From Mobula birostris (Eukaryota), in NCBI RefSeq assembly GCF_030028105.1, contig NC_092374.1:176910057-176974056 (forward strand): a stretch of DNA of 64,000 bases, given 5' to 3'. The notes under the pieces were generated by a model. The model did no database searches, was not told the origin of the DNA, and worked only from the letters and a program-made list of their open reading frames with translations. Position numbers and translations under genes: made by a program. Below, in pieces: positions 59,080 through 64,000 of the stretch (positions are counted from its first letter, which is position 1; every line of letters begins with the position of its first letter).

Positions 59080-59475
59080 GACACACCACAGCCTCTGCAA
59101 CTCCAGAGAATAAAACAGCACAAGTTTGACCAACCTCTCCATACAACAGATGCCCTCTGATACAGGCAGCAGCTCGGTGAACCTCTACTGCACTCTCTCT
59201 AAAGCTTTCTCATCCTTCTTGTAATGGGGCAGCCAGGACCGAATGAAATATTCCAAATAACCAGAGTTTTATAAAGCTGCAACATAACTTCCTGACTCTT
59301 GACCTCAGAAATTCCACTAATGAAGGCAAGCATGAATATACTTTACTTACCAACATATCAACCTGTGTTGCCACTTTCTGGGAGCTATAGACATGGACCC
59401 CAACTCCCTCTGTACATCAATACTGCTAAGAGTCTTGCCATTAATAGTGTAATTACTCTTGTGGTCTTCGGCAGA
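59080..59475 (-). mobile_element. CR1 RT fragments
   Basis: NYTINGKTLSSIDVQRELG; reverse of ccagagttttataaagctgcaacataac. Confidence 0.7.
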
Positions 59476-59476
59476 G

Positions 59477-60480
59477 TGGTTACAATCTGTGATCACACAC
59501 AAAATGCTGAAGGAACTCAGCAGGCCAGGCCGCATCTATGGAAAAGAATACAGTCAATGTTTTGGGCCGAGACCCTTCAGCAGGACTGGAGTGAAAAAGC
59601 TGAGGATAAGATTTAAGAAGTGTCGGGAGGGGAGAGAGAAACACAAGGTGATAGGTGAAAGTAAAGAGCTGGCAATTTGATGGTGAAAGAGATACGGGGC
59701 TGGAGGAGGTGGAAGTAGGATAGATGAAGACAGAAGGCCATAGAAGAAAGAAAAGGTGGGGGGTGGGGAGGTGAACCAGAGGGAGGTGATAGGTGGACAA
59801 GTAGATAAGGTGACAGATGGAAAAGAGAAAGGGGATGGGGAATGGTGAAGGCGGGGCAGTACTGTAAGTTCAAGAAATCGATGTTTATGCCATCAGGTTG
59901 GAGGCCATGCAGATGGAATATAAGGTGTTGTTCCTCCAACCTAAGTGTGGCCTCATCATGAATTATGGGAATGGGAATGGGAAGTGGAATGAAAATGGGT
60001 GGCCACTGGGAGATCCTGCTTTTTCTGGCGCACGGAGCACAGGTACTCAGCGAAGCGGTCTCCCAATCTACGTCAGGTCACCAATATACAGGATTTCTCA
60101 ACCTTCCAGTAATGCCCCCCCTTCACCATCCCCCATCCCCTTTTCCCTCCCTCACCTTACCTCCTTGCCCACCCAGCGCCTCACTCTGGATCTCCTTCCC
60201 TTTTCTGTTCTTCTGTTGCTCACTATCTCTTTCACCAATTAACTTCCCAGATCTTTACTCTTCAGTTTTCACCTATCATCTTGTGTTTTTCTCTCCCCTC
60301 CCCTCCCCCCACCTTTTAAATCTACTCCTCAGCTTTTTCTCGCCAGTCCTGCTGAAGGGTCTCGGCCCAAAACTTCAACTGCACTCTTTTCGATAGACGC
60401 TGCCTGGCCTGCTGAGTTCCTCCAGCATTTTGTGTGTGTTGCTCAGATTTCCAGCATCTGCAGATTTTCTCTTGTTTGTG
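59477..60480. mobile_element. PLE (-, 59477-60092) joined to an inverted pLTR (+, 60093-60480)
   Basis: GIY-YIG end LEEQHLIFHL..LQPDGINIDFLNL on minus; both arms carry the hammerhead variant agtc-CTGCTGA-agggtctcggccc-AAAAC (59552-59587 minus, 60345-60380 plus). Confidence 0.85.
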
Positions 60481-60659
60481 TCTGAATAGGATGCAACTTT
60501 ACAATAGCACAATGATTCAGCAAGGAGAACAGTGCAACCATGAAGTGGCCTGGATTCCGTGTAGCGACTGGTATTCCCGGACCTACAAGCCACAGTTCTA
60601 GCCTTTAAGAGGGACTTGACCTCATAATTCATCCGCGGGGGGATGGGAACCAGGATGAT

Positions 60660-62330
60660 AGAGCTGAGGATGAGCCAGCAGGTTTACAAGAAGATGATGG
60701 GTGTAACATGTATGTAAGGAAGGACAAGCCAATGCAGACAGAGCAAAGAGTTAAATTGTACCACAGAGGCAAAATTCAAAAGGGCGAAGAATGGAGGACT
60801 GAAGGTGCTGTATTTGGAATAAGGTGGATGAACTCATGGCGCAGTTAAAGATTGGTCTGTATGACATTGTGGGGATCACAGAGCTGTGGCTGAAGAAAGT
60901 CCAAAGCTGGGAGCTTCACATCAAGGGTGTTGTAGATTGAATTGAATTGAATTGACTATTACTTACATCCTTCATAATCTTTACGTTACGTCTCCATGTA
61001 AGTGTGCAATGTGTAATTTATAGTAACTTGTAATAAATATTATGTACAACAGGATAGACAATATTATCATAGAAATTCAGTTGTGTCAGCATGAATTAAG
61101 CAGTCTGATGGCCGAGTGCAAGAAGCTGTCCCTCTTGGTCCTGGCTTTTATGTTGTGGTACCATTTCCCAAATGGTAGCAGCTGGAACATTTTGTAGTTG
61201 GGGTGACTCAGGTCCCTAATGATCCTTCGGGCCCTTTTTACACACCTGTCTTTGTAACTGTCCTGATTAGTGGGAAGTTGGCATCTACAGGTATACTGTA
61301 ATAACCCAGATCTTATTAGGGAGCTGAACATAAAGGATTCCTTAGGAGACAGTGATCAAAATATGATTGAATTCATTCTGCAATTTGAGAGGGAGAAGCA
61401 TAACTCACATGTATCGGTATCACAATGGAATAAAGGGAATGACAGAGGCATGAGAGAGGAGCTTGAAGGAGATTGGAGGATTGAAGGAGAATACTAGTGG
61501 GGATGACATCAGAGCTGAAGTTTCTGGAATAGTTCACAAGGCGCAGGATAGATATGCGCCAAAGAGGAAGAAGTTCTCAAATGGCAGGGCTGGACAACCG
61601 TGGCTGGCAAAGAAAGTTAAGGACTGCATAAAAGTCAAGGAAACAGCATATAAGGTAACAAATGTGAGTGGGAAGTTGGATGATTGGGCAGCTTTTAAAA
61701 TCCAACAAAAACTAACTAAAAAGGCTATAAGAAGGGAAAAGATGAAACATGAGGGCTGACTAGCCAATAATATGAAGCAGGACACCAAAAGTTTTTTCAG
61801 TTATATAAAGAGTAAAAGGGAAGTGAGAGTTGATATTAGACCACTAGAGGATGATGCTGGTGAGGTAGTAATGCGGGACAAAGAATTGTCAAAGGAACTT
61901 AATGGGTACTTTGCAGCTGTCTTCACTGTGGAAGACACTAGCAGTGTGCCAGAGGTCCGTGAGTGTCAGAGAGCAGGAGTGGGTGCTTTGCTGTTACAAA
62001 GGAAAAAGTGCTAGCCAACTTCAAAGGTCTTAAGGTGGATAAGTCACCTGAGCCAGATGGACTACGTCCCAGAGACTTGAGAGAGGTTGCTGAAGAGATA
62101 ACAGATGCATTGGACATGATCTTTCAAGAAAAGCCTGGAAATAATAATAAGACACTAATCAGTCCACACTTAAAGCATTGTGAACAGCTTTGAGCCCCAT
62201 ATCTCAGAAAGGATGTGTTATCATCGGAGATAATACAGAGGAGGTTCAGGAGGATGATTCTGGGAATGAAAGGTTTAATGTATGAGGAGTGTTTGGCAGC
62301 TTTGGACCTGTAACCATATAACCATATAAC
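60660..62330 (+). mobile_element. CR1 ORF2 with internal deletions, interrupted by a Rex tail at about 60925-61270
   Basis: APE start ..VGITELWL; LGDSDQNMIEF; KSPEPDGLRPR; jumps at about 62125 to the RT C-terminus. Confidence 0.85.
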
Positions 62331-64000
62331 AATTATAGCATGGAAACAGGCCATCTCGGCCCTTCTAGTCCATGCCAAACTTCTACACTCACCTAGTCCC
62401 ACCGACCTGCACTCGGTCCATAACCCTCCATTCCCTTCCTGTCCATATATCTATCCAATTTAACTTTAAACATCAACATCGAACCTGCCTCAACCACTTC
62501 TGCTGGATGCTCGTTCCACACAGCTACCACTCTCTGAGTAAAAAAGATCCCCCTCATGTTACCCCTAAACTTTTGCCCTCTAACTCTCAACTCATGTCCT
62601 CTTGTTTGAATCTCCCCCACTGTCAATGGAAAAACCCTATCCACATCAACTCTATCAATCCCCCTCGTAATTTTAAACACCTCTATCAAGTCCCCTCTCA
62701 ACCTTCTATGCTCCAAAGAATAAAGACCTAACTTGTTCAACCTTTCTCTGTAACTTAGGAGATGAAACCCAGGCAACATTTTAGTAACCCTCCTCTGTAC
62801 TCTCTCAATTTTATTGACATCTTTCCTATAATTCGGTGACCAGAACTGCACACAATACTCCAAATTTGGCCTTACTAATGCTTTATATAATTTCAACATT
62901 ACATCCCAACTCCTATACTCAATGCTCTGATTAATAAAGGCCAGCATACAAACAGCTTTCTTCACCACCCTAACAACATGAGATTCCACCTTCAGGGAAC
63001 TATGCACCATTATTCCTAGATCCCTCTGTTCTACAGCATTCTTCAATGCCCTACCATTTACCACGTATGTCCTATTTTGATTAGTCCTACCAAAATGTAG
63101 CACTTCACATTTTTCAGTCTTAAACTCCATCGGCTATCTTTCAGACCACTCTTCTAACTGGCCTAAATCTCTCTGCAAGCTTTGAAAACCTACTTCCTTA
63201 TCCACAACGCCACCTATCTTAGTATCATCTGCATACTTACTAATCCAATTTACCACCCCATCATCCAGATCATTAGTATATATGACAAACAACACTGGAC
63301 CCAGTACAGATCCCTGAGGCACACTGCTACACACCGTCCTCCAATCTGACACACAGTTATACACCACTACTCTCTGGCGTCTTCCACCCAGCCACTGCTG
63401 AATCCATTTTACTACTTCGATATTAGTGCCTAAAGATTCAACCTTCCTAACTAACCTTCCCTGTGGATCCTTGTCAAAGGCCTTACTGAAGTCCATATAG
63501 ACAACATCCACCGCTTTACCCTCGTCAACTTTCCTAGTAACGTCATCAGAAAATTCAATGAGATTTGTCAAACATGCATAAATCCATGTTGACTGTTCTT
63601 AATCAGACCCTGTCTATCCAGATAATTATATATACCATCTCTAAGAATACTTTCCATCAATTTACCCACCACTGATGTCAAACTCACAGGCCGATAATTG
63701 CTAGGTTTACTCTTAGAACCCTGTTTAAATAATGGAGCCACATGAGCAATACGCCAATCCTCCGTCACCATCCCCGTTTCTAATGACATTTGAAATATTT
63801 CTGTCAGAGCCCCTGCTATTTCCACACTAACTTCTCTCAAGGTCCTAGGGAATACTCGGAGACTTATCCACTTTTATATTCCTTAAAAGCACCAGTACTT
63901 CCTCTTCTTTAATCATCATACTTTCCATAACTACCTTTCTTGTTTCCTTTACCTTAACACAATTCAATATCCTTCTCCTTAGTGAATACCGAAGAAAAGA
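62330..64000 (-). mobile_element. CR1 ORF2 RT and 3' end (continues beyond window)
   Basis: ORFs 62393-63130, 63134-63571, 63568-63840: SNYRPVSLTS, QHGF, VPQGSVLGP, KYADDTK; (aaccatat)n tail. Confidence 0.93.

Noticed and set aside
1-64000. CRISPR arrays, rRNA or genuine tRNA genes, prokaryotic operons
   Set aside because: No regularly interspaced repeats. tRNA-like segments are SINE heads. The sequence is vertebrate repeat-rich DNA.

Overview
Eukaryotic genomic DNA, most likely from a cartilaginous fish (ray/skate). This is inferred from its HER1-like CR1 LINEs, HE1-like V-SINEs and Deu-domain SINE. By eye the great majority of the window is decayed retroelements: CR1, L1, Rex1/Babar, RTE-derived, HERO, Penelope-like elements (PLEs) carrying minimal hammerhead ribozyme motifs, and three kinds of Gypsy LTR element. 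The centre (35.3-52.4 kb) is a nested stack. One CR1 ORF1 fragment is split by a full-length PNMA-gag Gypsy provirus and by a full-length L1, and each of these carries further insertions. The only convincing host-gene signal is on the + strand: two separate signal-peptide (leader) exons, both ending in phase-1 GT donors. One lies in a CpG island (33696-33771). The other lies about 21 kb downstream (54822-54873), flanked by ISRE, MHC-like X/Y, NF-kB, GAS and AP-1 motifs. I found no downstream exon in the window, so the gene cannot be named. There are no rRNA genes, tRNA genes or CRISPR arrays. Repeat-family assignments come from recalled motifs and translation by eye, not database searches, and boundaries of old fragments are approximate.
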